DNA from: Narcine bancroftii
Taxonomy: Eukaryota
Direction: 5' to 3'
DNA length: 64,000 nucleotides
Assembly: GCF_036971445.1 (NCBI RefSeq)
Contig: NC_091473.1
Location: 207,638,001 to 207,702,000, forward strand
A program made the position numbers and the translations under genes. A model generated the notes under the pieces. That model saw nothing but the letters and a program-made list of their open reading frames with translations, searched no databases and was not told the DNA's origin. Shown here in pieces: positions 14,272 through 26,617 of this stretch (the first letter of the stretch is position 1; the number at the start of each line of letters is the position of its first letter).

Positions 14272-14851
14272 CCATATATGTTGGCATATAAGATGGTAAT
14301 TGAATCTTAAAAATGTCACGCCAAAACCAGGGGTCATCTTGTGCACCAAGAATAATATCTGAACCTTAAAACTCCTACCGTCCTACCAGTAAATAATTTT
14401 TTCCTGAACCTTGTGTTTGAGAAGCTGGATTAATAGTAAAGATATATTTAAACAATAAAAATATAATAAACCTGCCAAACAAACCTTACAACAGCACAGA
14501 AAAATGAAGTGAACAGCATTAACCAGTGGCTGTTAGCAACAACTGACGATCCATTCGCCCAGTCTGACTACCATTGACTTAAAACATCCTGTTAAAGGAG
14601 ACAATGGTGGTTTCTTTTAAAATATGTTAATAAAATTTAAACCTTTGCTGGGTAATATGCTTTTAAAATATTGTTTCAGCATTACTCCTCTGGTCAGTGG
14701 TATGTTTGGTCAAGGACTATTGGGCAATAAGCCCTCAGTGGAAAGTGCCAGACTTGAAGTTGTCTTGTATGCTACCTCGACACCAACATTTTAGGTGGAA
14801 ATACTGGGGGTTATCTGATACATGACTCGTCTTATATGCTGACATATATGG
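14272..14851. mobile_element. Non-autonomous Tc1/mariner/pogo-like DNA transposon (MITE) inserted in a CR1 3' fragment
   Basis: Terminal inverted repeats: CCATATATGTTGGCATATAAGATGG at 14272-14296 versus the reverse complement of 14827-14851, CCATATATGTCAGCATATAAGACGA. Confidence 0.7.
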
Positions 14852-17061
14852 TTCTCAGAAAGTGTGTGGACAAGAAATTCTTTGATGGATATGGCTGAAT
14901 ATAGGAACATTGGAATAAATGGGGCAGACAATTGGGTCGGCAGGGCTAAATTGGGCATTGAAGTCTGTTTCAGTGCTTTAAAGCTCCATGACTCTGTCTT
15001 GCTTGTGAAATTCTAGGGTGAACGATTTGATTTGCATATTTTGGAATAGAAAGGTATGTTTGGTACATCAATTCAATGTCATCCTTCGAATCATTTGGAA
15101 CAGTCACGTTGCCCCTCTTAATTCATCTAAATTCCCTCTCAGTTGCCCATCATCCTTCACTGATTCTTCTTGGTTCAAGATATAATGTACAGAATCAAAT
15201 TAGCTGGCAGCAGGTCTCTGGTTTATGTGGGAGGAAATCGGGGCAACTGGTTAACCCTCACACAGTCACATGCAGATTCCACCCAATTCGCACTCAGGGT
15301 CATATCTGAATCCAGATGACTGCATCAGCCACTGCAACTCAATCCTGGGACGGTCCCTTCTTTGAGAATCTCCATCCTGGAAAATTCCAATCCTATGACA
15401 CATCGTCTTGGGAATAATCTCACCCCCGTGAGACTCCATCCTGAGAATAATCCTCCCCTGTCCAACGCCATCTCAGTACACTCGCATGCTGTGAAATTCC
15501 ATGCTAGAAATATTTGATTTTGCAGAGGACTGGATGACTCGACCTGTCAAGTCGGTGGTGATTCACAGATCATTCCTTTCTGTTGCTTTCTCCCTTCTAT
15601 TTCCCGTTCACTGTTCTCTCTCCCACTCTCCAACAACCCCTCACTGCTCTGGCATTTATCTGAATTGGCATCAATTTTCTATCACCAATGAGCCCACCAG
15701 CATATCTTGGAGATCAATTCTGCACAGTTGGGGAATAAAGGGTCCTGGGGTAAGTTGGAAAGTGAAGTCCATGCCTGATCAGCCATGATATATGTAAATG
15801 GCAGAGCATTCTCGACGGGCTGGATGGCCTGATCCTGCTCCAGTTCTCATGTGTGAAGATCCTTCAGCATCCAGGAAAACAATAACATCACGTGGAGAAT
15901 GTGTGGAGAAAAATTCAAAGTCTCTTGGTCACTGAAACTGTGCCACAGCAGCACTAACTGCTGCAGTGCTCTGCGCCTACTCTGTGAATTCTATCTGCCC
16001 TTTGAACCTCCAACTGGGAATATCCCCATCATGTGAAACACCCTGGTGACAATATCCCTGCTTTGTGAAATTCCACCTGCATGGAAAAACACCAATTCCT
16101 CCAATTTACTGCCTCCCTCCTCCCTCCCTCCCCACTGTGGACTGGGCAGAAGTTGATTTTCACAACTTGGCTCCACTTTGTACAAACAGAGTGTCTGATT
16201 CATTGGCTGAGAGGAGCTGAAACACAAAAACAGGAAACAGAATTTGAGGCCATATTTGTGAGCAAGGATGTCTTTAAAATACACCGGAAGATTAGCCGTT
16301 CTTATGCACAGTGGGAGAGGAGATGGCAGGTCAATGTTCAGAGCTGATACTTGTGGAGAGGAGCAGAGGCCAGTAGCCTGGTAAGGTCCTTCTTTGTTCC
16401 ACTTCCTGGGTTTGTCGATGGCTAAATTATGAGGGTGGGAGGGAGTCTGGTTGCTCAGTGACAGGTGTTGTTTGTTGGCTGCTGACACCACGCTGCTGTG
16501 AAAGATGGAAGGAAGTTGACAAAGTGTCATAGGTGCACAAGGTGGGGAGGGGTGGGGAGTGAGAGGGAGGACATTGGGGAGAAATCTATTATTAACCAGG
16601 AAAAAAACGGAGGAAACGTACAAAAAGGAGTGATTTGAAGTGGAAGGCAGAGGGGAGCTGAGTGCATGGATCAGGAGAGAGAAAGAGGGAGCACGAGGAA
16701 GTGGAGGGAATGAAGGCGTAGAATGGCAGATACACCAACATGATTTTTAATTTACTGGATGTCATAAAGAAACTGCATGATTTGGGCACAAGTTCCAGTC
16801 AAACAGCAGCTGGGAGGTCAAAGTTCATTCCATTAAATGTGTGGAATGAAGGGCCTGTGTCAGTGGTTTTGACATTTTAAAAGAAATTGGATTTTAAATC
16901 TGACACTGACAGGCTTCAGTGACGATTATCTGCTGACTTTACCTGGCCTGATCTGTACATGACTCCAGACACCGCAGTGCAGTAGCTGATCGTTTGCTGT
17001 GAACTGGCACAGTGAGCCACCCAGTTCAAGAGCCATTAGGGATGGAAACAAATACTGGACC

Positions 17062-17620
17062 TCTCCACATCTTATGAATGAAGAAATAAATGTCACGCAT
17101 TTTTATACTGTGATATGACTGATCCACCTCGATGTTTTCTTCTATGTTGGGGCGGAATGGTCGGCGGAGTGATTAGCTCAACTCTATTGTGGCACCAGTG
17201 GCCTGGTTTGACTCCGGCACTGTCCGTCAGGAGTTTGTATGTTCACCCCACATCTTTGTGGGGTTCCTCCGGGTCCTCTGGTTTACTTGCACCCTTCAAA
17301 ACATGTGGATGTTTAGCAATAACATAAGGGGTACCGGAAGTGCCTGTTTCCGTGCTGTCCTTATGTTTAAATTTAATAGATCTATCCCATTGGATTGGGA
17401 TTGATTCCTGATCTAAATTGCAATGTAATTAATTCATTGTTATGTAATTTAATGACTGTTTCATTGTTTCCATGGAAACAGGATGGACAAATTGTTTTCA
17501 TCTGTATAACTGGCTGTGGATGGTTTACCCATGGGGCAGGTCATCTCCACCAAGTCCTGTTCCAAGGTCAGATTCACCCTTTGTTTGTTCCTGTGATTTA
17601 TTCCCCCAGGATCTGAGTTC
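17062..17620 (+). repeat. Local segmental duplication copy (paralog of 1227-1256 plus 5681-6275); shows the L1 empty site
   Basis: CTCCACATCTTATGAATGAAGAAATAAATGTCACGCATTTTTATAC is uninterrupted here but split by the L1 at 1257-5663. Confidence 0.85.
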
Positions 17621-18945
17621 AGGCCATAATCCACACCCACCTGCTCTGCACTTTGGGTTTTGGGGACTGAGATTCTCTCCCAATAGGTTATTTTTGGTGC
17701 AGTCTCTCAAATCTTATCCAGGTATAAATTATGAACCATGGGCATTTGTCTGGGGTCACATTGTGAATTTGATCCTCTTCATTTTCTAAAATAACTGATA
17801 TTCTTGTATGAATTGTTTCTCATACATGGGAATCAGACCATTCTCCAAGATAAAACATATGTCCCTCATGACGTTGGATGAGGAGATTAATTATATTCAC
17901 ATCATTAAAATCATGTTGCCTTGCCCTGTGCTAACTGATCTCTATCTGTAACGTTGCTCTTATACTGTGTTTTACTTGCTGTACAATCTACGAAATGACC
18001 AGCTGGACTGTTTGCAAAAAAAGCTTTCTCAGTGCACTTCAGGGCATGTGCCAATAAAGTAACTTGTGTCTTCATAATTAACTGTGCCATCTGGCCCTAG
18101 GCCGGGGTCTGCTGTTTCCTGTTATCTGCAATTTCAGAGGTGACCCCATGACTAGGTGTATTCTTCCCGTATCTCATCCTGGTGCATTCATTTCCAAAAT
18201 GCCTGCCCCTTGGACTTAGTTCACTTGCATCAGATGCTGGTGTTTATTACCCACATATGTGTGATGTCCTGCTCTATTCTTGGTTGCTATTAATCCTGAC
18301 GCTGTCCATGCATTGTCGTGCTCTCCTCAGCGTCCTTCTTGGGATGCAATGCCCCGATGTTTCCACTGTGGGAAATCCCTTATGAATGTGAGCAGTGAGA
18401 ATGTGATGACATTCAAACATTACAAGCTGCAAATCTCTGTGATATTTGTTCTGGGGGGTGTCCACTTGCTAGCTGGAAATGGTGGTAGGTGAACTAACTC
18501 CCAGATGTGGTGAGGGAATTAAGATGGGACAGGTATTTTTTTTTCACTTTAATCATCCATTTTTTAATATATCTGATTTTAAATCAAAACATACACTCCA
18601 GCAAAAAACTGAAAAATAAGCCACAGGCAATGATTTCAACAACAACTTATTTACAAAAGTCGACATACCAAGACCCCAAGCACTGACCCACCCTCCACCA
18701 CGTTGCTTCAAACTCCTCTCCTGTCCCCAGATCACTTTCCTGCTCCACAATATCAATACACCCTCTCCCTCTGCCCTCTTCATTGTCACTGGCCCCACTT
18801 GCATTCCCAAAAATTAAACCTGCCTGCCTCTCCCCACCCATCCACTGTCACACACCCTGACATTTTCCCACTGCTATGACCCCTCCTGTCCCTCCCTCCC
18901 TCTCCCAACCCAATTCTTTTCCAGGATCCCCAGTGCATAGAAAGG

Positions 18946-18951
18946 TTTATT
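18946..18951 (-). terminator. Poly(A) signal for membrane-form IgW mRNA
   Basis: AATAAA on the minus strand ~125 nt after the TM2 stop. Confidence 0.7.
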
Positions 18952-19076
18952 TCCTGAAATGAGCGTTGCAGTGCAGTAGCCTAGGATTGCTGAGGGAATG
19001 AGAGGGAGAATCCATTTCGGAACATCAGCAGCTTCACCGGGATTTCCTGACGGAAGGTGGTGCGTGTATCCGTTGG

Positions 19077-19088
19077 TCATTGCTGTAC
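19077..19088 (-). CDS. IgW: IgW TM2 exon (cytoplasmic tail VQQ*)
   Basis: Strong acceptor TCTCACTTCTCTGTCCACATTCCAG|GTA CAG CAA TGA. Phase 0 matches the TM1 donor; AATAAA lies downstream. Confidence 0.75.
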   Translation of the reverse strand, partial: VQQ

Positions 19089-19694
19089 CTGGAATGTGGA
19101 CAGAGAAGTGAGATATTGTGTTTTGTAAGAGGCAGCACAGACCATGACCTGGAAGGATGGGTAAAATAAATAAAGGGGACTGTCCTTATTCGAGGAGACG
19201 GACCCTCCGAGACGGGTGGTTCCCCCCTTTTCTAGGACCCTCCTGGTTAAGGGGTCTGTCACACTTGCAGATAATGGATCCCATGGGAAAATGGTCTATT
19301 TTTCTTCTAGGAGATGGTTCCTCACGGACAGGTGGTCTCTCAACATTCTCTGAGGAGGTCCCTAAAGGAGCAGCAGTCTGAAGCCCAGTTGGGGTCTGAA
19401 GTGAGATCTGCCCTCGGGCTCAGGTTTTCGGAGCAGAGATCTTCCTTGTTCACATGAACACAACTCTTGTTTGATTTCAATGCTGGAGCCCAGGATCATT
19501 GTCCCAAACACTCAGCAACGTTCTGTCACATTTGCTATGTCAAAGCCCAGTAATGTCCCAGGGTTGTGCAGGCCCCCCGACTGCATCCGCTGTTGATTGT
19601 GCTATAGTTGGGATTCGAAAATCCGAGAACACAATGTAGTGAGAAATGGAAGCTGGGCTTCATGGGTTATCTCTGATATTGGTCATTTGGTTAC

Positions 19695-19837
19695 CTTGAC
19701 CACAGTGACAAAGGTGCTGTAGAGGAAACTGATAATGAACAGAATGGCGAAGGCAGCAACTGTAAGCACGTTGTCATCTCCATCCAACTCTCCTGGTTCT
19801 TCCTTTCCTTCCTCTCCTATCAATTCAGTGCAGGCTT
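19695..19837 (-). CDS. IgW: IgW TM1 exon (acidic spacer plus transmembrane helix)
   Basis: Acceptor ...ATCACTGCAG| (phase 1), encoding EACTELIGEEGKEEPGELDGDDNVLTVAAFAILFIISFLYSTFVTVVK, donor AAG|GTAACC. Conserved antigen-receptor TM pattern F..LF..S..YST.VT. Confidence 0.95.
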
Positions 19838-21177
19838 CTGCAGTGATCAAGAAAGCAGGAAAGTTAGTTTCCCACATATGTTTCATGAAGACCAACAACG
19901 TCTCAATAAAATGAAGACAGCAAGAGGACATGAGCCATTTCATGAGGTTGTGGATGATCTGGAACCAATTGTGTTATCTGACTTTACCATTAAAACCTTG
20001 GGTCAGCAAAAATTCCAGAATCTCAGTGTGAAAATAACCTTTGGATCTAGCATCGATTGCGTCCTTGTAAAACGGTGTGAACATATCTGTAAAACTCTTC
20101 CCTCCAAAATGTCTGAGGGACAAATGTGAGACCTGAATTGCATTAAAGTGAGAAAAAAGTTGCAGGACTGACATTCACTTTTTTTGGAGGATGGAGTTCT
20201 CTGTTCAGACAAAGTTCTGAACCTTAGAGCGATGAAAAAACATGAGCAAGTTCAAGGTGGAACTTTGGCCCAGTCACTGTTCCCACTCATTGCTGAATGA
20301 AGCACAATATCTTCTCCAAAAGCAGGGCAGGCATTCTCCACATGAAGAAGCAGCTATTTCAAAGGATATGGAGTTTGTTCTCTGTTATTTCAACCTACAA
20401 TTCATTGGCATATTCCAGGGGTCCCTGGAGGTACTTTCTGGAAGCAGGTTTGCATTCACGACAAGTGCAGCTTCTGAAGTACCATGGAAGCTTATGGAAT
20501 TCTGAAGACACAGCCTGTTGAATGACTTGAATTACAAAATTACCTGGGAGGGTAACAGAGCCAGGACAGTAACTGTGGTTTTGGAAACTGCGCTTACTCG
20601 GTCTATAACTGATAACACCGAGTGGCTGTTTGAATCACTTCCCATCCAGCAGCCGATGACGAGCCGGCTCCTAGAAAGGCAGGACGCTGCTGAACAAAAT
20701 TTTGATTTGCCTGTATTGTTGAATGACAGAATCCCAGTGGACACTCATTATGATTACTCCATTAACTTTGTTTTTACCATATGGTTTTCAGCGAATTCCG
20801 GAACCATAAATGGAACGAGAGAGTGGCGACCTTTTGCTATGCCTGGATAGCATGCAAAACAGTTTTTAAACTGCATCTTGGTGCACAGAACAATAAAAAA
20901 TACACGAAATCAATGAAACAAAAAAAAATAATGTCTTCTAATTATCTCTGTCATTTTCCTTTAACATCCTGAAAACATTGAATGTGTCTTCCTTCAGCTT
21001 TCCAGATTTCAGAGAATACACCATCATTTAACTATCTCACCTTGTAATTTACCCGTGAGGGTCCAGGTCTGTCCAGCTGGAATTTCCTGTCCTGGTTGTG
21101 GTATCCAAACTGCTCAGTACTGTACACGTGTTCTAACCTACAGCATAACTCTCCCCCTTGCTGTCCTGTCCTCCTGA

Positions 21178-23400
21178 TATAAAGAAATTGAGCCTGTTCA
21201 CTATTCAACAAGATTATGGGTGATCTGGACCTGGAATTAGTTCCAAATACCTGCCTGTTCCCCATAACCCCCTTGATTCCCCCACAATGCAAAACTCTGT
21301 CTTGAATATATCTAATGAGCAGGTCTCTACAACTTCCTTGGGCAGAGAATTCCACCGATTTTCTGTGCTCTAGGAAAAGCAGATCCTCATTATCAATTAC
21401 AACCTTGGATGGCATTGAGTTTGATTTTTTCTTTCCTTTTTTTCTCTTTCTTTACTTTTTATGCAACTCTTTGTACAAATACATATTGGACTGGGAGTTA
21501 AGAGTAAGTATTATTGTCATAATATATGCTTTAACCTCAAATGTGTAATAGTCTCAAGCAATGGATTTATTATATATTTGTTTTTTCTGACAAAACAATA
21601 AAAATAAATTTAAAAAGACAATATATCTTATGAGTAGATCTTCACAACTTCCTTGGGCAGGGAATTCCACTCTCGACACTCTCTGAAAAGCAGATCCTCA
21701 TCATCTCTCTCCTAAATATATTCCCCCAAGTCTTCATGAGATGTTCCTTGTTCTAATTTCACCTGCCAGAGCAGGAACTTATCTATCTCTGTTATCTATC
21801 TCTTTTAGAATTTTGCACATTTCTATAAGATCCCCTCTCATTTTTCTTAATACCAGTGAATACAATCCTCTCTGTAAAAGGGAGTTAATCCTCAGTGGCT
21901 GGCACGACGTAACAAACACAGATAGATGTTTCATACCTTTGTTGTGAACATCTTGAATATTGTGTGTAACTGTGGTTGGTTAAGTATTAAATGTGGAGGG
22001 GGTAAGGTGGCGATGGGGGGGGGAGAGTGTGAAAGGGATCGAGAAAGCTTGAACTCCTCAGAAATTCTTGTATTGAATTGATAATTTTTAACTGTAATCA
22101 ATGTTGATATTGTCAACATTAACATCGATAAGATGGATAATTGTTTAAGTCTAGAAAATTATAAATAGAATATTAAAGAAAAGAGTTAATCAGCACTTCT
22201 ATCTTTAAACCATTCTCCCGAATCTTGAGGTTAGGGCCCCCCCCAATCAGTGGAAATAAATTTCCTGCCACATCTGATCTATCCCTTTCATAATTTTACC
22301 TTTCTGTATGATCCCCTCTGTTAGGTCTGCTTTGTTCATGAATGAGTGAGTCAAACACCAGACTGAGTCAAAATCAAGGTTCTTTGTTCTTTATTGCCGG
22401 ATTGTAACACTTGCAACTAACAGTGTTAGTTGGAGAAGGCGCATTCTGCCATTATCAGCAAGTGGTGTTTTTTATATACCTTAGGATACGTACTTAGTAA
22501 ATTATCATACCATGACATTGTCCAATGAATAAACTGTTGCTATCCTTCTCTGCTAGTTTCCTGCACATCAATTTGTCATCCCCACTCTTATCTTGAGAGT
22601 ACAAGGTTACAACTGCATCTTGTTACGGCCCAGCACTGGGTGACTCCTTCTACATTCCCAGCTCATGATGTTTTTACCTAACACCTCTCATTCTTCTTAA
22701 TTCCAGTGACTATATTCCCAGCGACTCAATCTCCCCTTACAGGATGAACCTTTCTTTGCTGGAATCAACCTGATGAACCACTGCTTCCTATCCAGTATAT
22801 CCTTCCTTCTCACATATGGAGACTCAAACTCCAGGTGCAGCTTCACCTGAACCCTGTTCAGCTCCAGCAGATCCTACCTCTCTTCAATTCAATCCCTCCG
22901 GAAGTGAAGGCCCACATCCCATTTCCCTTCTTCATTACCTCTTGCATCTGCAAATTAACCTTTGTGATTCATTCGCAATCATTGCCAACTCCCTCTGGAT
23001 CAGAACATACGGTAAATATTCACCATTAAAAAAAATAACCTGATCTATTATTTTCTTCCACCGTGAATGATCTCAGATTTTACAACTTGACAGACCCTTC
23101 TCCACTCATTAGTCTGTCTTTCTCTTCAGACTCTGCATTCTTTCCACAATTTTTCTCCTGTATATATGGATGACATGGTTAGCATAGCAATCAGCACAAT
23201 GCCTTTACAGCGCCAGCGATTGTGACCGGAGTTAAAATCCCGGGCTGTCTGTATGGAGTTTTCATATTCTCCTCATGTCTGCGTGGATTTTTCCTGGGGG
23301 ATCCAGTTTCTTCCCACTGTTTGAAACCAGAGGTGAGGGTTCATTGGGTGTAAATTGTGTGCCAAGGGCTTGTGGCCGAAATGGCCTGTTTCTGCAATGT
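21178..23400 (+). repeat. Segmental duplication copy A (paralog of 28281-31825); CR1/SINE mosaic
   Basis: Colinear near-identical blocks, e.g. GAATTAGTTCCAAATACCT.CCTGTTCCCCATAACCCCCTTGATTCCCC and CAGGTGCAGCTTCACCTGAACCCTGTTCAGCT. Confidence 0.9.
22319..22683 (-). mobile_element. Solo LTR
   Basis: Inverted termini TGTTAGG...CCTAACA and 4-bp TSD CCTC. Absent at the paralogous site ~31090. TATA-like motif and AATAAA on the minus strand. Confidence 0.85.
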
Positions 23401-23479
23401 TTTATTCTTACAGCAAGCTGGGGAACTTTTACATCACGAGTGCCCTCACCACATCTAAAAGTAAAGTTGTTCACCCCTT

Positions 23480-24370
23480 CTGTCATGTACCTGAGTCTGT
23501 TCAGAAGGCTCTAACATGTTACTCTGTTTTTGCTTCCACCACTATCCCTGTTCCAGGCACCAACCACCGTCTGAGTGAAAGATCTTGCTAAAACTTGCTC
23601 TTGTTCGGGTTAAACACGTTCTCTTGTGTGTTACATGTTTAGCTTTGGGAAAAGACAATGACAGTCTACATTCTCAATGCCATTCATGATTCTATTTGCA
23701 TGCAGTTCTCCAAGTGACTCCAACCTGACTTATATAGCAGCCACATGTCTTGCTCACTTTGGTACTGAATGCCCCACCAGAAGAAGACAAGCAGACCACA
23801 CCCCTTCTTCAGCACCTTCGGTACTTTTCAAGGAGCTGTGGATCCCAGATCTCTTTGCACATCCATGCTTTGAAGAGTCCTGCCATGAACTGACTTTCCA
23901 AAGTTCAAAAACTCACATTTGTCTGGATCAAACTCCATCTGCCATTTCTCTGCCCATATCTGTAACTGATTTACATCTGTTATATTCTTTGTCCACAACT
24001 CCACAGAATCATCTCCAAATGTACTGACCCACACACGTACATTTTGATCCAGGTCATTTATGTACACCACAAACAAAAGGATTCCCAAGACCTTTCCCTC
24101 TGGAACACCATGGGTGACGGGCTTCCACAACCACCTTCACTTTTCAAGGGGCCAGACACTTCTGAATCCATACTATCATTCACTGTCGATTTAATGCATC
24201 CTATCTTTCTGGATCAGTCTATTGTGAGGGACCTTCTCAAATGCCTCATTGAAATTCATGAGGTCAAGATCCAGTGCCCCACCCTCATCGACCATCTCTG
24301 TTACTTCTTCAAAAAATATCATTCACATAATTAAGACATGATCTACACCACGTAAAGCCAAGTTGATCTG
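23480..24370 (-). mobile_element. CR1 LINE RT fragment
   Basis: Encodes WKPVTHGVPEGKVLGILLFVVYINDLD...WAEKWQMEF. Confidence 0.85.
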
Positions 24371-24924
24371 ACCATGATGCTCAAAATGTGCACATATACA
24401 CTATCCTCAAGTCTCTTTTGGTGAGGTTCCCACCACAGATTGGATGTTACTGGAGTATAATTTCCTGGAATACCCTTATTTCCCTTCTTGGCCACTCTCT
24501 ACAGAAATAATTAGGGGAAAAAGTGTGGAGCGTATCACCAGTCCAGAAATAACATCTTATCTCCAAATGGACCATAACATTGCTTGTGTTTGTCCTTTTG
24601 CAAAGAACACAAAACTCTGTGAATTGGATCAGGACTGGTCTCTCAGCTGCAGTCACTTGAGAACAAATAGTGAATTAGGGCTTCTGCAGAATGTTACATT
24701 CACAACGCTGTTCAAATTGTGAACCATGTGATCAGATGCTGTTCTCCATACAAGGAAGAGTGACATTCTGGAGATACCCTCTCTTTCCTCAATGGAATTA
24801 ATTGGTGGTGCAATCATGACCTGGATTTCCTGGACTCTAATACTAAAGGACAGCATGCCTGTGGATGGATGTACATCACGCCAATGCAAACCGACTCCAA
24901 CTGAGTTTCATTGAAGCGTTGAAA

Positions 24925-25130
24925 CTTCGTGATGGACCTCTTCTCCAGTGTTGACAAAAACCTGAACAAATACAAGTACTCAGCCTGACTCCACCCATCT
25001 GCAGTGAGTCAGCCAAATAAACCTTTGACCCTGTTCCTCTTCGGCCCAAGTCTTCACGTCCCAGGTTACCCTGAACTGCTCAAAATCAATGAGGGCCAGC
25101 TCACACAAAGTGGCCATCATCCTCTTCCTT
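24925..25130 (-). pseudogene. Decayed duplicate of IgW CH5 exon (psi-CH5')
   Basis: Colinear matches to CH5 (45096-45416): ATGGACCTCTTCTCC.GTGTTG.CAAA, AGTACTCAG, CCAGGTTACCCTGAA, CTCACA. Internal deletions; no intact splice sites or ORF. Confidence 0.75.
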
Positions 25131-25908
25131 CAGTTGTGCTGACAGACAGACTTGCCCAAAGTTCCTGAGAAACTAGTGTCCAAACCTTGATCTTGCCACC
25201 ATTATGTCATCTTTCTTTCATCGGGTGAGACTGTTGCTTATCGGACCAGCATTTATTGTTCTGCTCCAGTGACTGACTTGCCAGGCCTATCAGAGACACT
25301 GATGAATTTGGTGAGTGACTGAAGGCGAAAGAGTGCAAAAGGCAGGTGAACTTTACAAAAGGTCATCAGTGAACCTGTTAATCTTCTGTTCCTTTCCCAG
25401 TTTCACCCTCACTTCGACTGCCCACAGCAACTCATATCCTGCTATTGCTTTCTAGTTTAAAATCCTGCACTGTCCCTTCAAGTTGTGCGTCGAAGCCATT
25501 CTCCAGAGGCTGTTGAGCATAACCAAGCGTTGCCCTCCTCTGTGTTGGGCTATTGAGGTGTTCGACAAGATGTGGTGGAGGCAGATACAATTGGGTCTTT
25601 TAAGAGACTTTTGGAAAGGTACATGGAGCTTAGAAAAAAGACCTATGGGTAAGGCTGGTCATTTCTCAGGTAGGGACATTATTGGCACAATTTAGTGGGC
25701 CGAAGGGCCTGTGTTTTAATGTAGGTTTTGTATGTTTTTCTGTGAAATTGTATCAATGAATATATTTGCTTCTGTTCTATGCATTCAGGTTATCAGCTCC
25801 CTCACATAAGCACAACAATGCCTCATCGATCTTTCAGTGAACTAACTTGGCCCCAGTTTGTGGCATAGAGAAAGGTGTTTAAGATTAGGGTGAATCCCAG
25901 AACCGTAC

Positions 25909-26226
25909 CTTGCATGTTTTTCACCTCCCGGCTGATACTGGTGTTGGAGGGGGGATGAGACACTATACAGCTGAAGACTGAGCCTTTCTTCCACTCATCT
26001 GTCCTCACTGTCAGGAAGTGGCTGGCACTGAAAGTGCCCACCTGCTCCAAAGCAGTCCGTGTAGTGGGGGTGTTGGAGGAGATCAGGGAGCTGTCTTTCT
26101 CCCAGGTGACATTTATGAGGTCCGGGTAGAATCCAGAGACCACACACTCGAGGGTGGCCGTGATCCTACTCTTGGTATCGTCATGTGTTGGCGGCAGCAG
26201 ACGGACCTCAGGCCCTTTGATCTCGA
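25909..26226 (-). CDS. IgW: IgW constant exon CH8 (CH4-like duplicate)
   Basis: Acceptor TTCCAG|, 318 nt, donor CAAG|GTACGG. Encodes VEIKGPEVRLLPP...TLECVVSGFYPDLINVTWEK...EWKKGSVFSCIVSHP; C1-set Cys/Trp/Cys intact. Confidence 0.92.
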
Positions 26227-26314
26227 CTGGAACAGACGAGCAAAGAAAGGAGACGTCAACATTTTTACTCAAGGTCACAGATGTTGTCCATCTAATCACT
26301 GATCTTTTGCCCAC

Positions 26315-26617
26315 CTTTGGTACTTTGTGTCTGTGCTGAGACTGGCGAGGACGAAGAAGATCCTTGGGTGGAACAAGTGTACACTGCCCCACTGTACCAC
26401 TCCTCCACACTGGTCTGAAATTGGCTGATCACTGTGCTTTGTGTCCCTTCCTCTCTCGGTTGTTGGGTCACATTTCCTTTCATTTTCTCCCTTCCGCTCA
26501 CCTGCCAGTATATTTGGACCTGGCTCAGATCAGCACCCACAACCAGGCACACCAGAGTAGCGCTCTTGTTGATCCAAATCTCTTCAGTGGATGGATTTTG
26601 TAAAAAGATGGATAATT
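26315..26617 (-). CDS. IgW: IgW constant exon CH7 (CH3-like duplicate)
   Basis: Acceptor CTGCAG|, 303 nt, donor AAAG|GTGGGC. Encodes ELSIFLQNPSTEEIWINKSATLVC...IYWQV...EEWYSGAVYTC. The 88-nt intron to CH8 mirrors the 85-nt CH3-CH4 intron. Confidence 0.92.

Noticed and set aside
19870-20900. Short ORFs possibly from a DNA-transposase remnant
   Set aside because: No motif I can identify confidently; needs a Dfam/Repbase search.
21041-21173. AG...GT-bounded 133-nt exon-like stretch between CH8 and TM1
   Set aside because: Not phase 1-1, has a stop in the frame entering from CH8, and its acceptor coincides with a repeat boundary.
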